Shown here in pieces: positions 39,955 to 49,072 of a stretch of DNA of 64,000 nucleotides. Within the stretch, counting starts at the first letter, position 1, and every line of letters begins with the position of its first letter. The DNA comes from a virus. The stretch is from IMG/VR virus record IMGVR_UViG_3300038558_000079, positions 26,555 to 90,554 of that record, one strand, 5' to 3'. The notes under the pieces are model-generated. The model was not told where the DNA came from, ran no database searches, and saw only the letters and a program-made list of their open reading frames with translations. Both the position numbers and the translations under genes were made by a program.

Positions 39955-41370
39955 TCATCGGCATATCACCAGTTGCCTCTTAGCACGGCTAGAACCTACA
40001 TACTGTAACTCTCTGTGAACCTCTAGATCTGAACACTTGGCAATATCACTATAGAGAAACACTACATCGTAAGTAGCACCCTGAGCTTTGTGGACAGTAG
40101 AGGCGTAAGTCCTGCTTACATCCGTAAAAGCTTTTCTGAGCTGATAGTAGTTCCTAAAAGTTTCTTTCCGTTGACGGGATGTTATGGGATAGTTTAGCGC
40201 TTCGGCTTTAAGTTGGGAAAGATGCGCTTGATAATTGCCTCTCTCCTCACTATCTAAGACATAGATAGTTTCCTCTTTAATATTGAATGCACTGAAGCTT
40301 AAGGGCGAATCATAGCCCCCGGTGTTATCATCAGGTGTTTCTGGCTCTATCCACCAAATAGTTAGTCTAGAACAGCGGAACCCTAAGATAGTTGTAGAGT
40401 CCACATAGGAGACATTTACAACGGTTCCGTTATTGCCGATGATTTCCTCATACTTTCGTTTTGAATTCCATTTGAGAAGCGGTTCCCGCAAGACAAGCTT
40501 CTCACCTATGGAATAGCCGTACTCTTTACAATCTTCTAAGTCAGGAATGCTATAGTTATTCACTTCAATACTCTTTAATGAATCGTTAAACCTGTCAACA
40601 TTCTTATTGGTATAAGCTAGCACCTTGTAAGTGTCTCCACTTTGCATCGCAGCACACACCCTTGCTAACCACTCATCATACTCACAATAGATTACCGTGT
40701 CATCTCCCATAAAATCTGCGGGTGACACTTCGAGATGTGATTCTGTCTCATAGCCATCTCTAAGCACTGCTAGGTAATCTACAAGTAACCCATGATGCCT
40801 GACAACCTCGGTTAGCTTGAAGCTATTCTGTGGCTTTATCTTGGTAAATACTGGCGATATTGTACGTGCATTTACTGGTCTTAGTTGATAGCGATCACCT
40901 ACGAATAATGTGGGAGGTAATGATGGGGTGGTTGTTAGGATTGCCCACAAAAAACGATCAATCATAGAAGCTTCATCTATGATTAACAGGTCATAGTCTG
41001 AAAAGTCTAATGGCTCTCCACTTTGGACAAATCTTTCTTCACCTAAATCGTTCACTTCTGGCTTTAACCCTAAGACAGAGTGAATGGTACGGGTTGGTAC
41101 TATTACATTCTGTTCGGTAAGAAAGTCTAGTAATAAGTTCTTAGCAGGGTGCGTTGGTGCTGCTAAAAGTACTCGGTTTTGTCTAGCCTTAAGGACTTTG
41201 ATTAACTCTACTATTATAGTAGACTTACCCGTACCTGGGAAGCCAGTTAGTATAGCAAAACGTTCATCGCGGGGTAAAGATTTCCGCTGAAGAGGTGAGA
41301 CTCTTAGGAACCACTTTTGTACATCTCTCAAAAAATCACTTTGTCCTTTAGTAAACATTGTTTTTCCCAT
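39955..41370 (-). CDS. Dda/RecD-like SF1B helicase
   Basis: GFPGTGKS, APTH, IIDEASM, GDRYQL, YASTVHKAQGATY, YVGSSRA. Confidence 0.9.
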   Translation of the reverse strand: MGKTMFTKGQSDFLRDVQKWFLRVSPLQRKSLPRDERFAILTGFPGTGKSTIIVELIKVLKARQNRVLLAAPTHPAKNLLLDFLTEQNVIVPTRTIHSVLGLKPEVNDLGEERFVQSGEPLDFSDYDLLIIDEASMIDRFLWAILTTTPSLPPTLFVGDRYQLRPVNARTISPVFTKIKPQNSFKLTEVVRHHGLLVDYLAVLRDGYETESHLEVSPADFMGDDTVIYCEYDEWLARVCAAMQSGDTYKVLAYTNKNVDRFNDSLKSIEVNNYSIPDLEDCKEYGYSIGEKLVLREPLLKWNSKRKYEEIIGNNGTVVNVSYVDSTTILGFRCSRLTIWWIEPETPDDNTGGYDSPLSFSAFNIKEETIYVLDSEERGNYQAHLSQLKAEALNYPITSRQRKETFRNYYQLRKAFTDVSRTYASTVHKAQGATYDVVFLYSDIAKCSDLEVHRELQYVGSSRAKRQLVICR

Positions 41371-41415
41371 TAATAAAATTATAGGGGGATTTTTCGGTAT
41401 CCCCCAAAAACCATC

Positions 41416-42621
41416 CTAGTAAGGTAGTTCTGACACTGGTATCTCTGTTGCTCCAGTTTCTTCACTAATCTTTATGAGGATTCCTTTGATTCTTTCCTCG
41501 AATAGTTTATGTTTTTCAGCAGGTGGCAAAGTGATATCAATTGAGGCAATAACTTGTTGCTCAAGTCCACCATCGGACTCTTCAGCAATGCGTTCTGAAG
41601 TTATTCCTAACGATTGAGCGTACACACGCCAATCAAAGGGTATAACATTCTCTGTCGCTTCATCAGTGTCAATACCCTCGGTTGGGAGTGCAGGTGATTC
41701 TTGGCTAGGCAAACCACGGACAATTGCATGGGTTACATCTACATGTTTCCCGGTAGCATTTTCCCACTCTCGCTTGTCCACAATCGATAACTTATGTGGT
41801 ACTCCTGACTTAATCTTGTTTGCCAGAGCATGAAAGGCTTTATTACTTTCACCATTCCCTTTTTCCTCAGCAGTTTGCCCCATCTGCTTAAGTGATTTTC
41901 CCTTTGCGAATACTGAGACACCACCTTCAAGAAAGATTTTGTAACAGAACAGTCCGTAAGTGGTGTCAGACTTTTTGTACTGTTCTATTCGCTCTATCTT
42001 GTACTCTCCAATTTCTAAATCTTCTAATGAGAAAGTGTGTGCAAAACCCGAACCATCATTAACAGGTACGGGTTTTAAAAATTGTGCAATGCCTTGACCG
42101 CTATTTAGCGCAGCGGTAAACACGGGTTTTTTAACCTCTACTTCTTTGGGTATTGCTAGAGGTACGGTGTAATACGTGTAGGGGTCTGTTTCAGAGACTA
42201 GCTCTAACCAAACTTTCTGATAAGTAGTACCATCAAGCGTCTTCTTAGTTTCCCAGGCAAATTCCCCAGAAAAACTCCCAACAGAAATCTCTTTTCCCTT
42301 CATGGTAACTGGGAAAGTGTTTTGACCAAACTTTATAACTAGCGATTCCGACGCGCTAGACTCTCGATACAATGACGCGCCATAAACCCCATCGGGGATA
42401 CCATGTGCCAACTTCACTAGTAGCAACTTCTCAAAATTAAGAGGTATCTCGCTATCCCCTTTCAGTCCAGCAAGTAGCGCTAAAGGGTGCTTCTGTTCAT
42501 CTTCATCGATGGCACTTAAATCGATCGAAGTGAAGTCTGTAGTTTTTGTACTTTTGAACTGGAGGTAGAGTACTGAGGGCAATAGATCTAGGTTGAACTT
42601 AATGTTTATTACTTCAGGCAT
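41416..42621 (-). CDS. hypothetical replication-module protein (possible SSB)
   Basis: Between two helicases; acidic C-terminal tail ending ELPY; own TTGACT-17-TATAAT promoter (42657-42685). Confidence 0.4.
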   Translation of the reverse strand: MPEVINIKFNLDLLPSVLYLQFKSTKTTDFTSIDLSAIDEDEQKHPLALLAGLKGDSEIPLNFEKLLLVKLAHGIPDGVYGASLYRESSASESLVIKFGQNTFPVTMKGKEISVGSFSGEFAWETKKTLDGTTYQKVWLELVSETDPYTYYTVPLAIPKEVEVKKPVFTAALNSGQGIAQFLKPVPVNDGSGFAHTFSLEDLEIGEYKIERIEQYKKSDTTYGLFCYKIFLEGGVSVFAKGKSLKQMGQTAEEKGNGESNKAFHALANKIKSGVPHKLSIVDKREWENATGKHVDVTHAIVRGLPSQESPALPTEGIDTDEATENVIPFDWRVYAQSLGITSERIAEESDGGLEQQVIASIDITLPPAEKHKLFEERIKGILIKISEETGATEIPVSELPY

Positions 42622-42694
42622 TGTTTTAGGTTCTGTTTTTGTTTTACTACAATTCTATTATACACAATATATCAGCTAAAGTCAACATAGAAGT

Positions 42695-44554
42695 TTAACA
42701 TCTTTTATGCTTTTTTGTAGCTATTTGAACCTGATAATGTACCCAGCCTGAATCATACCCACATACCTTTGCAATCTCCCATAGTTCCCGCGATGTAGGT
42801 AGATAATTAGAATGCCCATCACGCATAAGCTCTAACCATTGGTTATAAATATGTAGCGGTTTGGATTTGACGGTTTTTTTCAAGGCTTTCTGATACTTAA
42901 CAATGACATCTAGAACTTCTAGAAGATGTACCACGCTAGGTTTCCAATTATTACCATATATCTTTCGCTGTCCTGTTATCCACTGCGAGAAAGTAGCAGT
43001 TACATCAGCGTTAGGAGTCCGGGCTGCTAGCGCTAGTAGAGTCTGAAAGGTTGGTGCATAATTTAGAAATTGTGCGATCGCCCAACCGTCAACTCTCTCA
43101 TTGCTAAGTAAGTTGTTATACAGGTCTAGTTCATCAGGGATAATTGGTATTAATTCGATACCTTTGTTGTGGGGTATGCTCTCATCCTTTTCAAATACAG
43201 TGATGGTCACCGGGAACATGTACCCGCAGTGTGGACATACTTTTGCGGTTCTCAGTACATCGGTAGCACCGCATCCAAAATCTTCATCGGGGCATCGTTT
43301 TGTAGATTCCCCTACCCTGGTAGCAGCACCCTCTAGAGTCCAGTTGTACGGCTGATCTGGTGTCCCAAATTCCTTATATGCGCCCCAATGGTCTAGATAT
43401 ATTGCTTTAAGCTTTCCCTCCCATAAGAAACCTCTTGCACGTCCTACTTTTTGCTTGTGTCGCTTGATGGATAGTGTAGGTGCTAAGTCTTGCACACATC
43501 CTATCGATTTAAAATCTAATCCTACAGATTTGGCATAAGTAGCTAAATCAAACCCTTCAATCGCTTTCTGACAATTTACAAGAAAAGTTGCCTCACCACT
43601 AGCGAATTGCTGAAGCGCTACCCTTATCTGCTCAGTACCCATCGCACCATCTATATGTACTGCTTTGTAGCTAGAATTATCGGTGATACAAGTAGCATAT
43701 TCTTTACTTAGAGCTACCGAACGCGCAAATATGATAGTGGGAATTATGCCATAAGGTACTCTCACATATTTCTCCCATGTTGGCAAAATGTCACCCTGTA
43801 GTAGAGAGTCCTTAAGTGCTTTATCGAGTGCTTTTTGCTCAAATTCACCCTTCACCCTTGGGATATTATCTAGGTTCGCTTTACACTGTATACCTTTGGA
43901 TTCCCAATAAGGGAGATACCCAAAATGTGCTAATTCAATCTGTGATTCGCCAGAGATTATTAAATCGAATAAGTTGGTGAATCCCTTGTCGGATTCTGGT
44001 GTAGCCGTGTACCCTACTATCTTAGCTTCTGAATATCTAGCCCACAAATCTTTATATGATTTATCAGCACCATTATGGGCATGATGGCATTCATCTATGA
44101 CAATTAGTTCAAAGTAACTAGTATCTATCGCTATTGGCAAATCTGACCACTTCTCATACCGTCTTCTGAGCGTGGGAATTGACGCTATCTGGATTGGTTT
44201 GTGTAGCTCCAATCTGTATCCATTCTTAATAATTCCTATCTCGTTATCTGAGATTCCTATATTAAGTAACTGCTGTCTAGCGTTGATTATAATCTCATCC
44301 TTCTCACCTACCATCAATATCTTTCTACTACTTCCCCGTGCTTTACCTAGCTCATAGTAGTATCGAATTAAAGCACTTTGTTCGACACTTTTACCAGCAC
44401 CCGTACAGAGGTGTCTAATCGGTTTTTGCCTTTGTGTGAGAGACAAAATCACTTTAACAAAACCCTCTAACTGGTAGGTTCTTAATTGGGAGAGATAATC
44501 AATTTCTTTAATCTTATCTCTGAGTATCGTCTCAACTTCTGATATGGTGGTCAT
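42695..44554 (-). CDS. SF2 DEAD/DEAH helicase with C-terminal Zn ribbon
   Basis: CTGAGKS, IDECHH, TATP, EGFD, QKVGR, CP..CG..CPHCG; promoter TTGACA-18-TAGAAT at 44582-44611. Confidence 0.9.
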   Translation of the reverse strand: MTTISEVETILRDKIKEIDYLSQLRTYQLEGFVKVILSLTQRQKPIRHLCTGAGKSVEQSALIRYYYELGKARGSSRKILMVGEKDEIIINARQQLLNIGISDNEIGIIKNGYRLELHKPIQIASIPTLRRRYEKWSDLPIAIDTSYFELIVIDECHHAHNGADKSYKDLWARYSEAKIVGYTATPESDKGFTNLFDLIISGESQIELAHFGYLPYWESKGIQCKANLDNIPRVKGEFEQKALDKALKDSLLQGDILPTWEKYVRVPYGIIPTIIFARSVALSKEYATCITDNSSYKAVHIDGAMGTEQIRVALQQFASGEATFLVNCQKAIEGFDLATYAKSVGLDFKSIGCVQDLAPTLSIKRHKQKVGRARGFLWEGKLKAIYLDHWGAYKEFGTPDQPYNWTLEGAATRVGESTKRCPDEDFGCGATDVLRTAKVCPHCGYMFPVTITVFEKDESIPHNKGIELIPIIPDELDLYNNLLSNERVDGWAIAQFLNYAPTFQTLLALAARTPNADVTATFSQWITGQRKIYGNNWKPSVVHLLEVLDVIVKYQKALKKTVKSKPLHIYNQWLELMRDGHSNYLPTSRELWEIAKVCGYDSGWVHYQVQIATKKHKRC

Positions 44555-44650
44555 GACATGGGTTAATGTTAGTTAATACTAATTCTAACTTCAATATCAG
44601 AGGAATGTCAACAAAAATGCCTACCTACGGGTTCCCCCCCCACAACATTG

Positions 44651-44773
44651 GCTGCAATGTACAGTAGTGGAGAGTTCTAGCTTCCGACATGTTGTATCCA
44701 TTATCTATAATAGAAGTAAACATGTCGGAAGCTAGGAAGTATACAGGGTATTGGATGCAGCTTCCGACATGTT
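44651..44773 (+). repeat. composite palindromic element, copy 4 (three 12-bp arms)
   Basis: 25-bp core; a third TTCCGACATGTT follows the second 31-bp box. Confidence 0.95.
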
Positions 44774-44851
44774 AGAGTTTTTGCCAAGCGCCAAAATCAA
44801 AGCCTAGCTGTGGTATAGTGGTGATAACACGATAAAATCTTCTGTAAAACT

Positions 44852-45811
44852 ATGAGTAAAGCTTTAGTACTATTCGCGGGGATTGGTGGTTCAACATTAG
44901 GACTGAGGTTGGCTGGATTCCAGACTTTAAGCATAGAAATAGACCCCGATATAGCTGAGATTCACAAACGGAATATAGGAGAATGTCAAATCGCTGACAT
45001 CTTGGAAGTTAACCCATTGCATATTAAGATAGGGATTGGTATACCTGATGTAATATTCCTGTCACCACCCTGTCAGGCATACAGTAGGGCATCAATTGGA
45101 AAAGGGAAAGCGACCAGTAAGAATAGAGAAGACAGGGATATATTATTAGAATTAATAGCTAAGGGTTGGTTTGAGGTTTTAGAATCACCTTATGTGGTTT
45201 TAGAGAACGTGCCAGAATACAGGAAGTCTAAAAGTTTTTACCGATGGTGCAATCATCTAATCGGACTAGGATACACTATTAGGTATGACATCTTAAACGC
45301 TTATGACTTTGGTATCCCGACAAAACGCTTGCGGTTGTTCGCAGTTGCTAGTAAAGGAGATTTACCTATCATTAAATGCCCCTACAGGCATGTAGGGTGG
45401 CATAGTGTTATCGGGCAATTGATAGAGGAAATGACTGACTCTAGTCTAATCCCAGTACAAGAAAAGTATGTGTTAGACAATGAAGTAGAATATCCTATTC
45501 TTATAGAGAGAGTAGGCATCTATAGTGGTAAACCTAAAGTAGCGTTAGCCAGTGAACCAATTTGGACTATTCGTAAAAGTATTGGTAGCGATGGCAAGGG
45601 TGCAAATAGGAGCAAATTTATTAATGTAGTTGATGGTAGCACTGTTAAGGACTTATCGGTACAGGGTTTAGGAATGCTTCAGGGTTTTCCCGCTAATTAT
45701 CAGTGGGGAGAGAGTCCTGGTGTTGCGGTAGCAGGGATTGGTAATAGTGTATGTCCCCCATTAGCGCAAGCGATTGGGAATAGTATTAAGGAGGTATTAT
45801 GCAGCAGATAA
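44852..45811 (+). CDS. C5 DNA cytosine methyltransferase (orphan)
   Basis: LFAGIGG, SPPCQ, ENV, RxR, GNSV motifs. Confidence 0.92.
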   Translation: MSKALVLFAGIGGSTLGLRLAGFQTLSIEIDPDIAEIHKRNIGECQIADILEVNPLHIKIGIGIPDVIFLSPPCQAYSRASIGKGKATSKNREDRDILLELIAKGWFEVLESPYVVLENVPEYRKSKSFYRWCNHLIGLGYTIRYDILNAYDFGIPTKRLRLFAVASKGDLPIIKCPYRHVGWHSVIGQLIEEMTDSSLIPVQEKYVLDNEVEYPILIERVGIYSGKPKVALASEPIWTIRKSIGSDGKGANRSKFINVVDGSTVKDLSVQGLGMLQGFPANYQWGESPGVAVAGIGNSVCPPLAQAIGNSIKEVLCSR

Positions 45812-46296
45812 TTGGAATAGATCCGGGTGAGAAGGGCGCGATCGCTGTTCTCAATGTAGTAGAAGGTGTGGTATGTGTTGATGCGGTATACGATATGCCC
45901 TCTAAGATTTCAGAATTGGCGGCAATAATACGGGGTATCTCAACTAATAGTCACGCCTGTATTGAATCACCTTTCACTAATACCAAAGGTGACGCTGACA
46001 AGGAGTTGGCAAAACTTGTCAGGAAACTGCCATTACTAGCCAATTACAACCGGATTATCGGGATGTGTGCGTTTCATGGTATCCCGATCCAATCAGTAGC
46101 ACCCAAGACTTGGCAGGCTACCTTTGCAGTGACGGGAAAGCGCAATGGACATACAAGTATCGCGCAATGCTTAAAGGTGTTCCCGGAATGCAGCGCTCTA
46201 CTCATATCAGAAGGGCATCACTACGATGGACGCAGTGATGCCCTTCTGATTGCTAGGTGGAAACACCTACAGCTAATGGCTAAAAGGAGGTACTAG
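45799..46296 (+). CDS. RuvC-like Holliday junction resolvase
   Basis: IIGIDPG, CIE, PKTWQ, DGRSDALLIA. Confidence 0.85.
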   Translation: MQQIIGIDPGEKGAIAVLNVVEGVVCVDAVYDMPSKISELAAIIRGISTNSHACIESPFTNTKGDADKELAKLVRKLPLLANYNRIIGMCAFHGIPIQSVAPKTWQATFAVTGKRNGHTSIAQCLKVFPECSALLISEGHHYDGRSDALLIARWKHLQLMAKRRY

Positions 46297-46625
46297 ATAC
46301 GTCCTTCGCTGCGCACCCTGTCATCAAACGCGGCATCTAAATCTAAAAGCCAGAAACTACGTGGTAGCTCTATTAGGTTTATGGGGTCATTTCTCCCCGG
46401 TTGAAACTCCGGGGACTCGATCGCCTCAATAGAGACGATATGAATCCCTGGCATGTCGGCTGCTACCTGTGCTTTTTGGGATTCCGTTGAACTAAGGAAA
46501 ACCTCGCTTAGGTACTTCATTCTCAATGGTAGTTGAGATACACTAGATATTTTTATCCACTTTGGAGTTAGCCACGACAGCTTATCTACTACTGTTTTCG
46601 TTCTTTCTGTATAGTAAATTTTCAT
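46293..46625 (-). CDS. hypothetical protein (own promoter)
   Basis: 110-aa ORF downstream of TTGACA-17-TATTGT. Confidence 0.6.
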   Translation of the reverse strand: MKIYYTERTKTVVDKLSWLTPKWIKISSVSQLPLRMKYLSEVFLSSTESQKAQVAADMPGIHIVSIEAIESPEFQPGRNDPINLIELPRSFWLLDLDAAFDDRVRSEGRI

Positions 46626-46648
46626 TGTCTATTGCCTCTGTTGGTTAT

Positions 46649-46683
46649 ATCACCACAATAACACGGTATTGTGGTGATGTCAA
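46649..46683 (-). promoter_or_regulatory. promoter overlapped by 12-bp inverted repeat (operator-like)
   Basis: ATCACCACAATA-6-TATTGTGGTGAT spans the -35/-10 spacer and the -10. Confidence 0.65.
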
Positions 46684-46727
46684 CTATTTTTAAAATAATT
46701 CTCAAAACTTGTCAGAGTCTTAAGAAA

Positions 46728-46764
46728 AACACCTCGCTAAAAAGTAATTCTAGCGAGGTGTTAA
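46728..46764 (-). terminator. terminator after csx3
   Basis: AACACCTCGCTA..TAGCGAGGTGTT hairpin with T-run on the minus strand. Confidence 0.65.
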
Positions 46765-46787
46765 CAGTTGCTATTATCTTTATGTCA

Positions 46788-47114
46788 CTACGGCAAGTCT
46801 ACAGTAAGAACGTCTCCAATGTTCACATTTGGGGTACGAGTGGCTACAATCACAACACCTAAACGTGGATCGTAGCACCCTAGCCAAGGTGCAAAATGAC
46901 AACATTGGTTGACTAAATACCCGTATAGCCAAATTGGAGCTTTCCCCTCAATGACAATACCTTTTGAAAAATCTATACCCTGTGGAAATTTTACCCCTTT
47001 AATATCGCTGGGTACAATTACACCACTTTCGTTGACAATTTTGACACGTAGGAGTTGGCAAGGTAACCCGTCATGGGTTTTATGGGGAATGGCTTGAAGT
47101 TCAATTGCGCTCAT
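46788..47114 (-). CDS. csx3: Csx3/Crn3 ring-nuclease homologue
   Basis: GIVIEGKAPIWLYGYL..H...W..CYDPRLG.V.VAT is the cyanobacterial Csx3 signature. Confidence 0.85.
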   Translation of the reverse strand: MSAIELQAIPHKTHDGLPCQLLRVKIVNESGVIVPSDIKGVKFPQGIDFSKGIVIEGKAPIWLYGYLVNQCCHFAPWLGCYDPRLGVVIVATRTPNVNIGDVLTVDLP

Positions 47115-47146
47115 GGATTTTTCGCCTCGAATGTTAATCTAAACAC

Positions 47147-47175
47147 ATTATAACACCTACTACCGGAAATGTCAA
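47147..47175 (-). promoter_or_regulatory. perfect consensus promoter of csx3
   Basis: TTGACA-17-TATAAT. Confidence 0.85.
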
Positions 47176-47366
47176 TAACTAGGATATCACGTTTCGCAAT
47201 AACATAGTCAAAAAAATATCACTACAGCAGTACCAATACTGTAGTGATGGGCTAACCCGAATTAGTTCCCTCTCATAACTTATACTTCCTACCCGTTCCA
47301 GAGGTTGGAAATATTCTGAGGTTCAAATCTATTATAACAACTACAATTGTTATAATAGCCCAATAC

Positions 47367-47543
47367 TTAATCCCTGATAATAGTGAAAGTCGCATTAAGA
47401 TTCGCGATTCCACGTCGCAATGCGTGAATGTCAGGATAAGTAACATATCTTAACTCTTTGTTCCAATACCCCTTGGGACACAGATACATTTGGGTGACTT
47501 TATTTTGGACAATTGCCTTCACTGAGTCTGATGACGGTTTCAT
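47367..47543 (-). CDS. 58-aa hypothetical protein (missed by ORF track)
   Basis: MKPSSDSVKAIVQNKVTQMYLCPKGYWNKELRYVTYPDIHALRRGIANLNATFTIIRD*; AAGGAG RBS; TTGACA-17-TATAAT at 47578-47606. Confidence 0.65.
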   Translation of the reverse strand: MKPSSDSVKAIVQNKVTQMYLCPKGYWNKELRYVTYPDIHALRRGIANLNATFTIIRD

Positions 47544-47608
47544 ATAACGAATTCACTCCTTTGCTGTTTTCAGTACTATTATAATATACCACAGCGCGAA
47601 TGTCAATA

Positions 47609-47665
47609 GCACTAAAAAAACTTCCTGAACCTACACGTTACGGGTTTAGGAAGTTTTTTTAGTGC
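47609..47665. terminator. long hairpin terminator
   Basis: GCACTAAAAAAACTTCCT..AGGAAGTTTTTTTAGTGC. Confidence 0.65.
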
Positions 47666-47674
47666 CACTAATGA

Positions 47675-48496
47675 CTACAGCAGTTCAAAATCACTGCGCA
47701 CGAGAAAAAGTTCAACGGGGATATCATCAGCCTTGACGCGCCAAGGCTTCTCATCACCATCAACATACCCAGTCACCTTGCCGACCATCGCTGACCCGTA
47801 GGCACTGGTCGTGATTGTCTTACCTATCAGTAAGTGTGGCGACTCCGCATCGTCTTGTGGCGCTAATTCGAGAGTTTCCTTATCTAGTACCGACTCTTGC
47901 GGCTGCACTTTGGTATCAACGATTGGGATAAGATTCTCATCGATATTCAGTGGTACGAATTGCCCACCTGCTACTGGTGGAACCTCAAAGTTCATAACGG
48001 CAATAGTAGCTACATCTTTCAATGTAGCATTCCAACCTACTAGCAGATACCGTCCTTTGACAGGTGAATCTTTGAGATTATCTACTATCTCGATAGTGCC
48101 TTCTGAGGGATACTCGGATAGCAAGTAATTTCTCCACACCGATGTAGAATTCTGGTTGTCTCCCTTCACGCGGCGATAATCAATGCCGCAAAAATACGTG
48201 TAACCGTCTGCATCTTTCTTAGCACCAAACCGCTCTTGTAGCATCACAACCCCATTAAAGTCTAAAACTTTTTCAGGTGTTGGAGATAGGTACTTCTTAA
48301 GATGTGTAATCACCTGGTTTACAATGAAACGTTTTCCGTCATCTGATTGATTACTCAATTCTTCATCAAGGTAGGAGATGACTCTCTCCAATACTTCAGA
48401 ATTTTCCTGTGCAGCTTCTACCAGTTGTGCTAATTCTCGGTAGCGTTTTTCGGCTTGCTGTAGTTCTTTTTCGAGTTCACTAATGCTGTTAGTCAT
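47675..48496 (-). CDS. hypothetical protein (N-terminal coiled coil)
   Basis: 273-aa ORF with AAGGAG RBS. Confidence 0.65.
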   Translation of the reverse strand: MTNSISELEKELQQAEKRYRELAQLVEAAQENSEVLERVISYLDEELSNQSDDGKRFIVNQVITHLKKYLSPTPEKVLDFNGVVMLQERFGAKKDADGYTYFCGIDYRRVKGDNQNSTSVWRNYLLSEYPSEGTIEIVDNLKDSPVKGRYLLVGWNATLKDVATIAVMNFEVPPVAGGQFVPLNIDENLIPIVDTKVQPQESVLDKETLELAPQDDAESPHLLIGKTITTSAYGSAMVGKVTGYVDGDEKPWRVKADDIPVELFLVRSDFELL

Positions 48497-48533
48497 GCGA
48501 TTCTCCTTATTATTTAGGTATCTTTATTATACC

Positions 48534-48833
48534 CTAATCGCCATCTTCTAGCAATATCTTTCCAGATATTACAGAATTCATAATTACATCTAAAACTTCT
48601 GATGGCTCGAACCCTCTCTCCCTTACCCATGCCGCAAACTTAGCACGGATGTTTTCAGAACCAGCGTCTTTATGAACGTATTCCCCTTCGTTCCAGGCAT
48701 TGATAAATCCACCGATAACTGCACTCTGGGTTAATCGTTGTTCCCGGCATTTCTGTTTGAAAGTATTGAATTCGTCTTCTGTCACTCTAAGACTAGCCAT
48801 TAGTGGTTGTCTCTTAGTTGTCTCAGTTGTCAT
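48534..48833 (-). CDS. tandem ribbon-helix-helix DNA-binding protein
   Basis: SLRVTEDEFNTFKQKC..TQSAVI and a second IRAKFAAWV..PSEVL unit. Confidence 0.6.
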   Translation of the reverse strand: MTTETTKRQPLMASLRVTEDEFNTFKQKCREQRLTQSAVIGGFINAWNEGEYVHKDAGSENIRAKFAAWVRERGFEPSEVLDVIMNSVISGKILLEDGD

Positions 48834-48939
48834 GACGCTTCTCCAGTTATTTACTACTATTAATTATTATACCTTAACCCACACATACAAGCAATTATGT
48901 ACGTTTGTGCTACCTGCGGATTCCCCCCCCACAACATTG

Positions 48940-49062
48940 GCTGGATGATGTACGGCGTTGGTGTTCCAGCTTCCGACATGTTGTATTCAATATCTATAAC
49001 AGAGGTAAACATGTCGGAAGCTACACCCAATACCCTGTATGCTTCCTAGCTTCCGACATGTT
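48940..49062 (+). repeat. composite palindromic element, copy 5 (three arms)
   Basis: 25-bp core; shares upstream TACCT.CGG.TTCCCCCCCCACAACATTG flank with copy 4. Confidence 0.95.
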
Positions 49063-49072
49063 GAAGTTCTGT

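Noticed and set aside
44852-46296. MTase plus nuclease as a restriction-modification pair
   Set aside because: The downstream nuclease has RuvC resolvase motifs common in phage replication modules; the MTase is better read as an orphan
44651-49062. Three-arm repeat copies as mini CRISPR arrays
   Set aside because: Arms are only 12-15 bp and alternate in orientation, and the intervening sequences are conserved between loci rather than unique spacers; no cas genes apart from csx3
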